32,000 nt of DNA from Fibrobacter succinogenes subsp. succinogenes S85 (GTDB taxonomy: Bacteria > Fibrobacterota > Fibrobacteria > Fibrobacterales > Fibrobacteraceae), in assembly GCF_000146505.1 (NCBI RefSeq), contig NC_017448.1, positions 2,730,001 to 2,762,000 of the forward strand, given 5' to 3'. This document shows, in pieces, positions 24,522 to 32,000 of the stretch. The notes under the pieces were generated by a model. The model ran no database searches. It worked only from the letters and a program-made list of their open reading frames with translations, and was not told the DNA's origin. How positions within the stretch are numbered: the first letter of the stretch is position 1; each line of letters starts with the position of its first letter. Both the position numbers and the translations under genes were made by a program.

Positions 24522-24725
24522 ATGAAAATTCTTGTTTTTTCGGGTAGCCCGCGCAAGGGCGGCAATACGGATTTACTGGTGGAATCGTTTGTGATGGGTA
24601 CTTCGCAAAAGCATCAAGTTGAAGTTGTTTCCGTTCACGATTACAAAGTCAATCCTTGCATCGGTTGCAATTCGTGCTTTGCCTTAACTTCTCAGAAAGC
24701 TTTTGAGTTAGGACAAAGTCTTTAA
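24522..24725 (+). pseudogene. Internally deleted (in-frame) second copy of the flavoprotein gene, 67 codons
   Basis: MKILVFSGSPRKGGNTDLLVESFVMGTSQKHQVEVVSVHDYKVNPCIGCNSCFA joins directly to LTSQKAFELGQSL. The flavin-binding core seen in 20846..21379 is missing. Confidence 0.7.
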
Positions 24726-24745
24726 TAATAATTGAGGAGGGAAAA

Positions 24746-25225
24746 ATGAAACGCTTTCGTGATTTTATCGGCTACTTGTTGGGCGGGATTCTCTTTGTGA
24801 TGCTCATCCCGACAATTATGTGGCTTGCGTCCGGAATGCCCGCGCTTTGGCCGGTTGATACTTGGCGCTGCGTTGTGGCGCCTGTCGTGATGCTTGTGGG
24901 CCTTGTGCTGAGCGTTTGGACAATCGTCTATATGCGCAGTCGTGGCAAAGGGAATCCGATGGATGCTTTCGGCCACGAAGTGGCCCCGCGTACGCAACAC
25001 CTGATGGTTGATGGCCCGTACAAAATCAATCGCAATCCGATGCTTACTGGAACTCTTATTTATCTCGTGGGTGCCGCTGTATGGCTATGGACTTGGCAAT
25101 CTTGCGCTGTATTCGTCGCCTTCTTTGCCATCATGATGGTGCAGGTGCTAAGCGAAGAAAAACGTCTTCGCCGTGACTTCGGCAAGGAATATGAAGAGTA
25201 TTGCAAACACTCAAGAAGGTTCTGA
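24746..25225 (+). CDS. Isoprenylcysteine carboxyl methyltransferase / phospholipid methyltransferase family membrane protein
   Basis: 159 aa and multi-TM. GPYKINRNPMLTGTLIYLVG and EEKRLRRDFGKEYEEYCKHSRRF are typical of the ICMT/PEMT family. GGAGG lies upstream of the ATG. Confidence 0.8.
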   Translation: MKRFRDFIGYLLGGILFVMLIPTIMWLASGMPALWPVDTWRCVVAPVVMLVGLVLSVWTIVYMRSRGKGNPMDAFGHEVAPRTQHLMVDGPYKINRNPMLTGTLIYLVGAAVWLWTWQSCAVFVAFFAIMMVQVLSEEKRLRRDFGKEYEEYCKHSRRF

Positions 25226-25229
25226 TAAA

Positions 25230-25538
25230 TCACAAGTCCAGTAGATTTTTCAATTTCGGAAATTCGTCTGAAGAAACTCGTGTAAATCTTTTTCGCATAT
25301 ATAGAATTACATACCATCCGTTTGCATCGTTTTCTTTTGTCAGAACCTTTATATTCTCGGCTTTCACTTTAATCTTATTTCTGCAAACATAAACGAATTC
25401 AAAAGAATCGCTATAGACATTGATTCTTATTGGACAAATGTTTAAAAGCCAAAATATAATTAGACCTGTAAAAGAAAATAAAAGACTCAGTGCTAGTATT
25501 GCGGTAGATAATTCAGCGGTTCTAAAGATTACGTCCAC
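25230..25538 (-). CDS. Hypothetical small membrane protein
   Basis: 102-aa AT-rich ORF. N-terminal hydrophobic helices (LSTAILALSLLFSFTGLIIFWLL). The start overlaps the GNAT gene's 3' end by 10 nt. Confidence 0.5.
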   Translation of the reverse strand: MDVIFRTAELSTAILALSLLFSFTGLIIFWLLNICPIRINVYSDSFEFVYVCRNKIKVKAENIKVLTKENDANGWYVILYMRKRFTRVSSDEFPKLKNLLDL

Positions 25539-25954
25539 AAGCTTGTGATGAACATTGGGCTTGCGTCAGTTGCCTTCTTGAATCCGCAGTATTCGTAAAA
25601 GTCTATTTCCTTGTCGTATGCCACGACGACAATACGCAAGTAATCCTTGTACACGTCCTTGACCTTTTCGACAAGAGCCTTGCCGATGCCTTTTCCTTGG
25701 TATTCCGGGCGTACAAGCAAATAATGAACATACGCATTCATGATGCCGTCGTCCATTGCGCAAATCATACCGACAAGCTTGTCGCCGTCCCAAGCCGAAA
25801 CGACCGTCTTGAAATTCTTCATTGCGATAACGAGCTTGTCTGGGAAATGTCCCGAGGACCATTCCACCGAAAGAAACAAATCTTTTAAATCTTGCTCCGA
25901 AAAATCATGAATTGTTTTATATGAGATAGCCATAATTGCATTTAAATATAACAT
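25529..25954 (-). CDS. GNAT family N-acetyltransferase
   Basis: HYLLVRPEYQGKGIGKALVEKV (acetyl-CoA binding Q/RxxGxG/A motif) and ...FYEYCGFK. An alternative start is the ATG at 25933 (MAISYK...). Confidence 0.85.
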   Translation of the reverse strand: MLYLNAIMAISYKTIHDFSEQDLKDLFLSVEWSSGHFPDKLVIAMKNFKTVVSAWDGDKLVGMICAMDDGIMNAYVHYLLVRPEYQGKGIGKALVEKVKDVYKDYLRIVVVAYDKEIDFYEYCGFKKATDASPMFITSLWT

Positions 25955-25976
25955 GTTGACGGGACTGTTGGACCTT

Positions 25977-26630
25977 TCAAAATTTGTAATTAAGGTTGTA
26001 GAAGAAAAGAAAATTTTCTATTTGGTCTGGACTTGCATCTAGTTTGTTGGCTAAATCGGATAATAAGCTAATATACTTGAAATAATTTTGTTTGTCTTGT
26101 TTCCAACTGTATTCTTCAAATTCACAAAATTGTTTCTTGTTTAATGAATCAACAATTTTAAGATCAAAAATTTGACATTTCTGGTTGCAAAACGAAATGT
26201 TGAAGAAGTATAATAGCTTAGACCAAGTAGATGGCCCTAAGCCTTTTATGTTGTCTAATTCATTTAATAAAGAGTTGGCTTCGTTAAGAGATAAATTTTT
26301 ATTTTCCGCTTTAGAGAGAATTTTCTGCAATAGTATAAAGTGTTCTAGGGACTTTTGGATATTGTTGTTTCGGCCACCAGTTGGATAGCCCCACATGAGA
26401 GTCTTGATGATTTTGAAATCCGCATTTGATTCGTCTAAAATATCTTTTCGCGATATTTCAATGTCATCTTTTTTAAAAACGATTTGTTCAATTTTTGTTT
26501 TTCCCTTATAAGAAATTCTTGCCCAAGATTTCTTTTTTATGTGTGCTGATTGGTTCTTGACAGGTAGGGACTGGATTAGTTGTTTGTAATTCTGGATGCT
26601 TGTTTTGCTCATGTTACAGATATATACCAA
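25977..26630 (-). CDS. Hypothetical protein, very AT-rich; possible helix-hairpin-helix-like motif
   Basis: 217-aa ORF. TLMWGYPTGGRNNN and IKGLGPSTWSKLLYFF loosely recall proteins annotated as OGG-fold / HhH proteins. That is an unverified recollection with no search behind it. Confidence 0.55.
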   Translation of the reverse strand: MVYICNMSKTSIQNYKQLIQSLPVKNQSAHIKKKSWARISYKGKTKIEQIVFKKDDIEISRKDILDESNADFKIIKTLMWGYPTGGRNNNIQKSLEHFILLQKILSKAENKNLSLNEANSLLNELDNIKGLGPSTWSKLLYFFNISFCNQKCQIFDLKIVDSLNKKQFCEFEEYSWKQDKQNYFKYISLLSDLANKLDASPDQIENFLFFYNLNYKF

Positions 26631-26868
26631 TTTAGTGAAAATATGTCAAGCAACCGACTACTATAGCGTCGGCCACAACCCAGCAAGGCGAATGCCGCGG
26701 TCATACTTGCATGACCATGGCTGAACCGTAAGGTTGGCGCTTGCGCCAGGATGGGGAGGGGGTTGGTGCCCCTCCCGCATATTATTTGCGATTAAATGTA
26801 ATGTATGCCAAGTCGCCAAAGACTCAATTTTTCTACATTTTCCCCCGTACAAAGATAAGGACTCGCTT

Positions 26869-28161
26869 ATGAATATTCTCGTTGTTGGTAGCGGTGGTCG
26901 TGAACATGCGATTGCCCTCGCTGTGAAGAAGTCGCCGATGTGCGACACTCTCGTGTGCGCTCCGGGCAACCCGGGCATGGCAAACCTCGGCAAGTGCGTG
27001 CCGGTCGATGTGGCCGACCCGAAGGCAATCGCTGACCTCGCCGTTGCAGAAAAAATTGACCTCGCGATTATCGGCCCCGAAATTCCGCTCGTCGCTGGCG
27101 TGGTGGATGAATTCCGCGCTCGCGGTCTCCGCGCTTTCGGCCCGACTGCGGCTGCTGCCGCGCTCGAAGGCTCCAAGGCCTTCAGCAAGGATATCATGAA
27201 GAAGTACGGCGTGCCAACGGCCGCCTTCGAGACCTTCACCGATCTCGCCTCTGCCAAGAAGTTCCTCGCCGAACACCCAGCTCCGATCGTGGTGAAGGCG
27301 TCGGGCCTTGCCGCAGGCAAGGGCGCTATCGTCTGCATGACCGACAAGGAAGCGAACGACGCAGTCGAAGAAATGCTCGGCGACAAGGCTGTGTTTGGCG
27401 AATCCGGCAAGACGGTCGTGATTGAAGAATTCATGGACGGCGAAGAAGCTTCCATCTTCGTGGTTTGCGATGGCAAGGATTACGTGATTCTCTCCTCTGC
27501 CCAGGACCACAAGCGCGTCTTTGACGACGACAAGGGCCCGAACACTGGTGGAATGGGCGCTTATAGCCCGGCTCCGGTTGTGACGGACGCTCTCCTCGAC
27601 GAAGTCAAGAAGACTATTATTGAACCGACCCTCAAGGGCATGGCCGCCGAAGGCAAGCCCTACACGGGCGTGCTCTACGTGGGCATCATGGTCACGAGCA
27701 AGGGCCCGAAGGTCGTGGAATACAACTGCCGCCTCGGTGACCCCGAATGCCAGATTGTGCTCCCGCTCTATGACGGCGACGTGCTCGCCTTGTTCGACGC
27801 TGCCGAAAAGGGTGAACTCGCTAAGCTCGGTGCCCCGAAGGCTCCGAAGGGCAGCTCCGCTATCGTCGTGCTTGCCAGCGCCGGTTATCCGGGCTCCTAC
27901 GAAAAGGGCAAGGTTGTCACAGGTATCGAAGAAGCCGAAAAGAACGGCGCCCAGGTGCTCCATGCCGGTACCAAGATGGTCGATGGCAAGCTTGTGACCA
28001 ACGGTGGCCGCGTGTTCGGCGTGGTCGGTCACGGTGCAACGCTCCAGGAAGCCTTGAACATCGCTTACGCCGCCTGCGAAAAGGTTCAGTTCGAAGGCAA
28101 GTTCTACCGCAAGGATATCGGCAAGAAGGGCCTCGCTCGACTCGCCAAGATGGGTAAATAA
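26869..28161 (+). CDS. purD: Phosphoribosylamine--glycine ligase
   Basis: The ATG at 26869 gives MNILVVGSGGREHAIA. ATP-grasp body with GGMGAYSPAP and EYNCRLGDPE. The 45-codon upstream extension in the ORF track (from 26734) is not PurD-like. Confidence 0.95.
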   Translation: MNILVVGSGGREHAIALAVKKSPMCDTLVCAPGNPGMANLGKCVPVDVADPKAIADLAVAEKIDLAIIGPEIPLVAGVVDEFRARGLRAFGPTAAAAALEGSKAFSKDIMKKYGVPTAAFETFTDLASAKKFLAEHPAPIVVKASGLAAGKGAIVCMTDKEANDAVEEMLGDKAVFGESGKTVVIEEFMDGEEASIFVVCDGKDYVILSSAQDHKRVFDDDKGPNTGGMGAYSPAPVVTDALLDEVKKTIIEPTLKGMAAEGKPYTGVLYVGIMVTSKGPKVVEYNCRLGDPECQIVLPLYDGDVLALFDAAEKGELAKLGAPKAPKGSSAIVVLASAGYPGSYEKGKVVTGIEEAEKNGAQVLHAGTKMVDGKLVTNGGRVFGVVGHGATLQEALNIAYAACEKVQFEGKFYRKDIGKKGLARLAKMGK

Positions 28162-28176
28162 AAAAAGGAATTGAAA

Positions 28177-28656
28177 ATGCAGATTAATGAAGTTCCGAAT
28201 GCAAAGGTCGGTATCGTTGCGGGTAGCAAGTCCGACCAGGAAACTGTAGATAAGATCACCGCCGTGCTCGACCAGTTCGGCATCACGTGGGAATACAACA
28301 TCCTCTCTGCTCACCGCACCCCGAATGCAACCGCGAAGTATGCTCGCGAAGCCGCCGGGCGAGGCCTCCAGGTCCTCATCGGTGTCGCTGGCCTCGCTGC
28401 AGCCCTCCCGGGCGTGCTCGCAGGGCACACGATTCTTCCCGTTATCGGCTTGCCCTGCGCCGGCGGCCCGCTCAACGGCGTCGATGCTCTGCACTCCATC
28501 GTGCAGATGCCCCCGGGAATCCCGGTGGCCACAGTCGGCATCGGCAACGGCAAGAATGCCGGTTTCCTCGCCGTCCACATCGTCGCCCTCTCTGACGCAA
28601 GCGTCAAGGAAAAGCTCATCGCTTACCGCAAGGGCCTCGGTGACATCGAAGGCTAA
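28177..28656 (+). CDS. purE: 5-(carboxyamino)imidazole ribonucleotide mutase
   Basis: VGIVAGSKSDQ, SAHRTP, and GVAGLAAALPGVLAGHTILPVIGLP. I prefer the ATG at 28177 over the TTG at 28171. Confidence 0.93.
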   Translation: MQINEVPNAKVGIVAGSKSDQETVDKITAVLDQFGITWEYNILSAHRTPNATAKYAREAAGRGLQVLIGVAGLAAALPGVLAGHTILPVIGLPCAGGPLNGVDALHSIVQMPPGIPVATVGIGNGKNAGFLAVHIVALSDASVKEKLIAYRKGLGDIEG

Positions 28657-28687
28657 GCCATTTATTCCTATCTAGAATAAAAAACAG

Positions 28688-28720
28688 AGCGCCTGTGCGG
28701 TTTCCGCGGGCGTTCTTTTA
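28688..28720 (+). terminator. Probable terminator after purE
   Basis: GAGCGCCTGTGCGG-TTT-CCGCGGGCGTTC (imperfect stem) followed by TTTTAT. Confidence 0.5.
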
Positions 28721-28769
28721 TATATTGTCCTTATCTTAAATTTTATCCATTTAAAGAGTATTGGGGCTT

Positions 28770-29741
28770 ATGTTTTATCGTGCTTTGAAAAGTGTTTTGT
28801 TGTTTGCGCTTACTTTGTCAATTTCGTCCATGGCGGCGGATTCTCTGGCTTCGTCCTCGTCCGCGCAGTCCCAAAGCGCGGCGACTTTCGAATCGCAGTC
28901 CTCAAGTGCGGCGCAGTCTCGTGTTGCAGAAGCTTTAGCTAATCCACAGTCCTCGGCGACTCTTGAAACGCCGTCCCAAAGCATTCCGTCGTCCTCAAGT
29001 GCCGGAACTCCTGCAAAGCCGCTCTCCAAGTGGCAAACTCTTCCCGAAGTCAACGCTCCGTGGATGAAGGGCGAACGCCTCGAATATGAACTCAGTTGGG
29101 GCTTCATTACGGCTGGCTATGCCACGCTCGAAGTCATACCTCGTAAAGATGGCAAGGTGGAGTTCCAGACTTATGCAACTGCCAACAAGACCGTCAATAA
29201 GTTTTACCCTGTTCACGATACCGTCTATACGCTTGTCCACAAAAAGGGCCTCATGACGGATGTCTTCCGCAAGTCCCTCCACGAAGGCACGTTCCACAAC
29301 AAGTCGCTTATCCGTTTCAATCGCGATGGCAAAAAGGCAGTCCTTTCCGATACGGTCTTCAAGGATCCGGTCAAGCATTATGTCAAGCGTTCGGCCGATA
29401 CGTCCGTGACCATTGATGGCCTTGAACATAGCATCATGTCGGCATTCTACCTTGTGCGTACCCTTCCGCTTAAGGAAGGCGTTACCTCCCGTTTTTCGGC
29501 GGTGAGTGGCAAAAAACGCTATGAACTCAAGGTGGTTGCTCACAAACGCGAAACGATTAAGACGGATCTTGGTACGTTCAAGACTGTTAAAGTGGAACCT
29601 GTTCTTGATGGAGATGGCATTTTTAATTCGAGCGGTCGCATTTTCATCTGGTTTACGGATGACGAAAAGCGACTTCCTGTGCTTATGGAATGCGAAATCA
29701 AGCTGGGTTCCATCAAAGCCGAGCTGAAAAAGGTCAAATAG
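28770..29741 (+). CDS. DUF3108-like secreted protein with a Ser/Ala-rich N-terminal linker
   Basis: Signal peptide MFYRALKSVLLFALTLSISSMAA and a Ser-rich linker. GERLEYELSWGFITAGYATLEV and the C-terminal IWFTDDEKRLPVLMECEIKLGSIKAELK are typical of DUF3108. Confidence 0.75.
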   Translation: MFYRALKSVLLFALTLSISSMAADSLASSSSAQSQSAATFESQSSSAAQSRVAEALANPQSSATLETPSQSIPSSSSAGTPAKPLSKWQTLPEVNAPWMKGERLEYELSWGFITAGYATLEVIPRKDGKVEFQTYATANKTVNKFYPVHDTVYTLVHKKGLMTDVFRKSLHEGTFHNKSLIRFNRDGKKAVLSDTVFKDPVKHYVKRSADTSVTIDGLEHSIMSAFYLVRTLPLKEGVTSRFSAVSGKKRYELKVVAHKRETIKTDLGTFKTVKVEPVLDGDGIFNSSGRIFIWFTDDEKRLPVLMECEIKLGSIKAELKKVK

Positions 29742-29864
29742 CCATACTGTAAACTTACAAAATTGTAAAATCAAACGAAAAAACAACTTTTACATGAAGT
29801 TTTTGTAAAAATCTTGGATAAAAAGTTATATTCCAAGCGTGGTTATTTATCCGAGGCGTTTTTA

Positions 29865-30872
29865 ATGCTCAAAAAATTGTTGTTGCTGTTGTGTCTGGCG
29901 AGTTTGGTTGCATGGGCTGCCCCTGCAAAAGCGCGTAAAGCGAAGTCTAAAAAAGCTGCTCCTGTAGCAGAACAAACGGTTGAAGCTCCTGCTGCATCGG
30001 CTGAGTCTGATGATGGTTTCATGTCCGTTTCTGAATCCGCTGCTCCTGCCAAGGCAGCCGCTGATGATGACGAAGAAGAGGAAAATGTCGAAGCTTCCAT
30101 GGCTGGCATGACTGCTGCCCAGAGAAATGACTACCTCACCCGTAAAAAATTTGAAGAAGAACAGCGCTTGGACGAATATGCAAACTCCGAACGCCGTCGT
30201 GACTGGCTCAAGGACCGTCTGGTTTTTGAAATGGGCCTCGGTTCCCGTATGCCGGTTATGGGCGAAACGGGTGTCGGTTTCGGTATCGGTGCTGAATATA
30301 TTACGCGCTGGCATGTCGGTCTCTTTGCTTCGTACGGCTTCTTGCCGAAGGTCAAGGACAACGAATTTGACTACATGAAGCTTGAAGGCGGTACTGGCTA
30401 TAAGGTCGGTATCAACTACTACTTCTTCCCGAAGATTCCTATTCACTTAGGATTGTCCGCTTCTTACGGTACGGTTTATTATGACCATGACATGGAACCG
30501 GATGAAAATAACCTCCGTAGCTTGATTTCTGTAAAGGGCTACCAGTTTGACGTGCTTATTTCTTACCTTTCCAATGAATGGTACTACTTGCAGTTCTCCT
30601 TCGGTATGTACTATGCACCGGATCTTGGCAAGGCCCCGGAAAATAACCCGAGCTTCAAGAAGACGGTGGACTCCAGAACGGAAGCTGTCGACACCTACGC
30701 ATCTCGCGTCGTGAACAAGCCTAACGGCATGGACAAGACTGGTATTGTGTTCGGTGTTACGATTGGTTATGCTTTGCCGGAATTCTTCCCGGACGATACC
30801 GAAAAGCGTCGCCGTCAGCGTGAAAAGGAACGCAGCAAAGCTGCCGCTGGCACAACCGCCTGGAACCGCTAA
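29865..30872 (+). CDS. Hypothetical secreted/outer-membrane protein with an acidic linker and a basic C-terminal tail
   Basis: The ATG at 29865 (GAGG 8 nt upstream) gives MLKKLLLLLCLASLVAWA. An Ala/Lys then Asp/Glu-rich segment is followed by beta-strand-like alternating aromatic stretches (GIGAEYITRWHVGLFASYGF, GYKVGINYYFF). The tail is EKRRRQREKERSK. Confidence 0.6.
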   Translation: MLKKLLLLLCLASLVAWAAPAKARKAKSKKAAPVAEQTVEAPAASAESDDGFMSVSESAAPAKAAADDDEEEENVEASMAGMTAAQRNDYLTRKKFEEEQRLDEYANSERRRDWLKDRLVFEMGLGSRMPVMGETGVGFGIGAEYITRWHVGLFASYGFLPKVKDNEFDYMKLEGGTGYKVGINYYFFPKIPIHLGLSASYGTVYYDHDMEPDENNLRSLISVKGYQFDVLISYLSNEWYYLQFSFGMYYAPDLGKAPENNPSFKKTVDSRTEAVDTYASRVVNKPNGMDKTGIVFGVTIGYALPEFFPDDTEKRRRQREKERSKAAAGTTAWNR

Positions 30873-30890
30873 TTTCAAGAGAAAAAGTTT

Positions 30891-30926
30891 AGCCCGCCTG
30901 TTCAATCGAACGGCGGGCTTTTTTGT
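30891..30926 (+). terminator. Rho-independent terminator
   Basis: AGCCCGCC-TGTTCAATCGAAC-GGCGGGCT followed by TTTTTT. Confidence 0.75.
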
Positions 30927-30932
30927 GTTTAA

Positions 30933-31004
30933 TACCCATGTCCGGAATCGAACCGGAATACCTTCCTTCGGAGGGAAGGACACTATCCATTGTGATACAC
31001 GGGC
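30933..31004 (-). tRNA. tRNA-Arg (anticodon CCG)
   Basis: The reverse complement is GCCCGTG-TA-TCAC-AATGGATA-GTGT-C-CTTCC-CTCCGAA-GGAAG-GTAT-TCCGG-TTCGATT-CCGGA-CATGGGT-A. It folds as a cloverleaf with a GGTTCGATTCC T-arm. The anticodon loop is CU-CCG-AA. The acceptor stem has two G-U pairs. No CCA is encoded. Confidence 0.85.
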
Positions 31005-31047
31005 GTGAGCCTTTAAGGCGGGTATAATATAGTAAAAAGGCCTTTTC

Positions 31048-32000
31048 CTAGTCTATCAGTTTCACCACAAGTTCGTGCGGTTCGGCGTCTACGACGAGTG
31101 CGTTGTGGAATTCGCCCACGTCACCATCGCCTTCGATGACCTTCACGATATCATCGTTTTCCATCGAGTTGCCTTCCGTGCGACCGTAGAAGTGGTATTC
31201 GCTTTCCTCGGCAACCTGGTCAATGATAATCTTGACCGTCTTTCCGATCATGTTCTCGGCGTATTCGGCAGCGAGTTCTTCCTGATAATCCGTGACCGCT
31301 TCGAGCCTTGCGCGGGCATCGCTTTCGTCCACCGCGGGGAGGTCCATTTCCATCACCGGAGTACCTTCTTCGGGGCTGAATACAAAGCCGCCCAGGTGGT
31401 CAAATTGCACATCCTGCAAAAGTTCCATCAGCTCTTCAAAATCTTCGTGCGTTTCACCGGGGAAACCGACGAGCACCGTACTGCGGAGCGTCACGCCCGG
31501 GATGCGTTCGCGAATCTTGTGCAAAAGATCGACAAGTTCCTTTTTGCGGTAGTTGCGCTTCATGTTCTTGAGCATCTTGTCGCTTGCATGCTGGATCGGC
31601 ATGTCCACGTACTTCACGAGGCGCGGTTCCTTAGCCATCAAGTCCAGAAGTTCGTCGTCTACGAACATTGGGTACCAATAAAGCATGCGGATCCACGGGA
31701 TGTTCGTGTTGTCCAAAAGGGCTCGTAAAAGTTCAACAAGCGTGCCGCCTTTTTTGCCCTTTTCACGTCCAAAGTAAGTCGTGTCCTGTGCAATCAAAGT
31801 AATTTCCTTGACGCCCTGGGCTTCGAGGTCCTTTGCCTCTGCAACGATATCTTCAATGGAACGGGAGTCCTGCTTTCCGCGGATGAGCGGGATGGCACAG
31901 TAGGCGCAACGGCGGTTACAGCCTTCCGCAATTTTCAGGTAGGCGTGGTGGCTAAATCCTCCCAAGTTCATGCGGGGGAGGTTTTCGGCGTCACAGCTCT
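31048..32000 (-). CDS. rimO: Ribosomal protein S12 methylthiotransferase (radical SAM), N-terminus beyond the window end
   Basis: HAYLKIAEGCNRRCAYCAIPLIRGK (CxxxCxxC) and a C-terminal TRAM-like segment (VKIIIDQVAEESEYHFYGRTEGNSMENDDIVKV...) resembling RimO. The frame stays open upstream of the listed Met (…SCDAENLPRMNLGG) to position 32000. Confidence 0.88.
   Translation of the reverse strand, partial: SCDAENLPRMNLGGFSHHAYLKIAEGCNRRCAYCAIPLIRGKQDSRSIEDIVAEAKDLEAQGVKEITLIAQDTTYFGREKGKKGGTLVELLRALLDNTNIPWIRMLYWYPMFVDDELLDLMAKEPRLVKYVDMPIQHASDKMLKNMKRNYRKKELVDLLHKIRERIPGVTLRSTVLVGFPGETHEDFEELMELLQDVQFDHLGGFVFSPEEGTPVMEMDLPAVDESDARARLEAVTDYQEELAAEYAENMIGKTVKIIIDQVAEESEYHFYGRTEGNSMENDDIVKVIEGDGDVGEFHNALVVDAEPHELVVKLID

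Larger units (their letters stand above)
24182..24725 (+). repeat. Segmental duplication, copy 2 (degraded)
   Basis: Matches 20486..21379, but lacks about 330 bp internal to the flavoprotein gene and has a shortened loop in hairpin B. Confidence 0.8.

Noticed and set aside
20486-24725. Possibility that the duplication-bracketed segment is a transposon or integrative element
   Set aside because: There is no transposase, integrase or recombinase ORF. There are no terminal inverted repeats and no tRNA-adjacent attachment site. The flanking repeats are gene fragments, not IS ends. Recombination or duplication is the simpler explanation.
26650-26790. Possible ZTP, purine or THF riboswitch, or SRP-like RNA, upstream of purD
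   Set aside because: I could not find the conserved cores I remember for these classes: CCGCCUGGGC-type pseudoknot for ZTP, UAUAAU/UUUCUACC junctions for purine, GGUCCGGAAGGAAGCAGC for SRP. Only a generic GNRA hairpin is present. It is kept as an unclassified structured region in the findings.
26734-26868. 45-codon N-terminal extension of the purD ORF in the supplied track (MALAPGWGGGWCPS...)
   Set aside because: It uses a non-ATG start and overlaps the structured intergenic hairpins. PurD homologs begin at the MNILVVGSGGREHA segment, which starts at the ATG at 26869.
1-32000. CRISPR arrays, rRNA genes, prophage genes, restriction-modification or known anti-phage defence systems
   Set aside because: I scanned both strands and the ORF track. 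I saw no regularly spaced direct repeats, no rRNA-like sequence, and no ORFs with nuclease, methylase, helicase or phage structural motifs.

Overview
The window looks like a chromosomal segment of a Fibrobacter-type fibrolytic bacterium. This is an inference from three things: tandem GH9 endoglucanases with short basic C-terminal tails, many lipoproteins with poly-Ser linkers, and FGE/SUMF1-like paralogous lipoproteins. The backbone is a conserved housekeeping set on the + strand: pyrH, frr, uppS, cdsA, dxr, rseP, then purD and purE. rimO (partial) and tRNA-Arg(CCG) lie on the - strand at the right edge. Accessory blocks interrupt this backbone. Block 1 is a putative beta-barrel protein plus an orphan Cys4 protein. 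Block 2 is a translationally coupled FGE-like and histidine-phosphatase lipoprotein pair. Block 3 is an esterase plus two tandem GH9 cellulases. Block 4 is a minus-strand TSCPD, RDD-membrane and cupin cluster, divergent from a flavodoxin-like gene. Block 5 is a 904-aa FGE-like/beta-propeller/SGNH-like lipoprotein bracketed by a diverged ~0.5-kb direct duplication; the second copy holds one truncated and one internally deleted gene. Block 6 is a visibly AT-rich three-gene islet (orphan 217-aa protein, GNAT, small membrane protein). A family of GTCAT...ATCTCC hairpin elements recurs in intergenic regions. I found no CRISPR array, transposase, integrase, rRNA or recognisable defence system. The most unusual items are the duplication-bracketed locus, the hairpin family, and the TSCPD/RDD/cupin plus flavoprotein module. 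All functional calls come from reading motifs by eye, with no database search.
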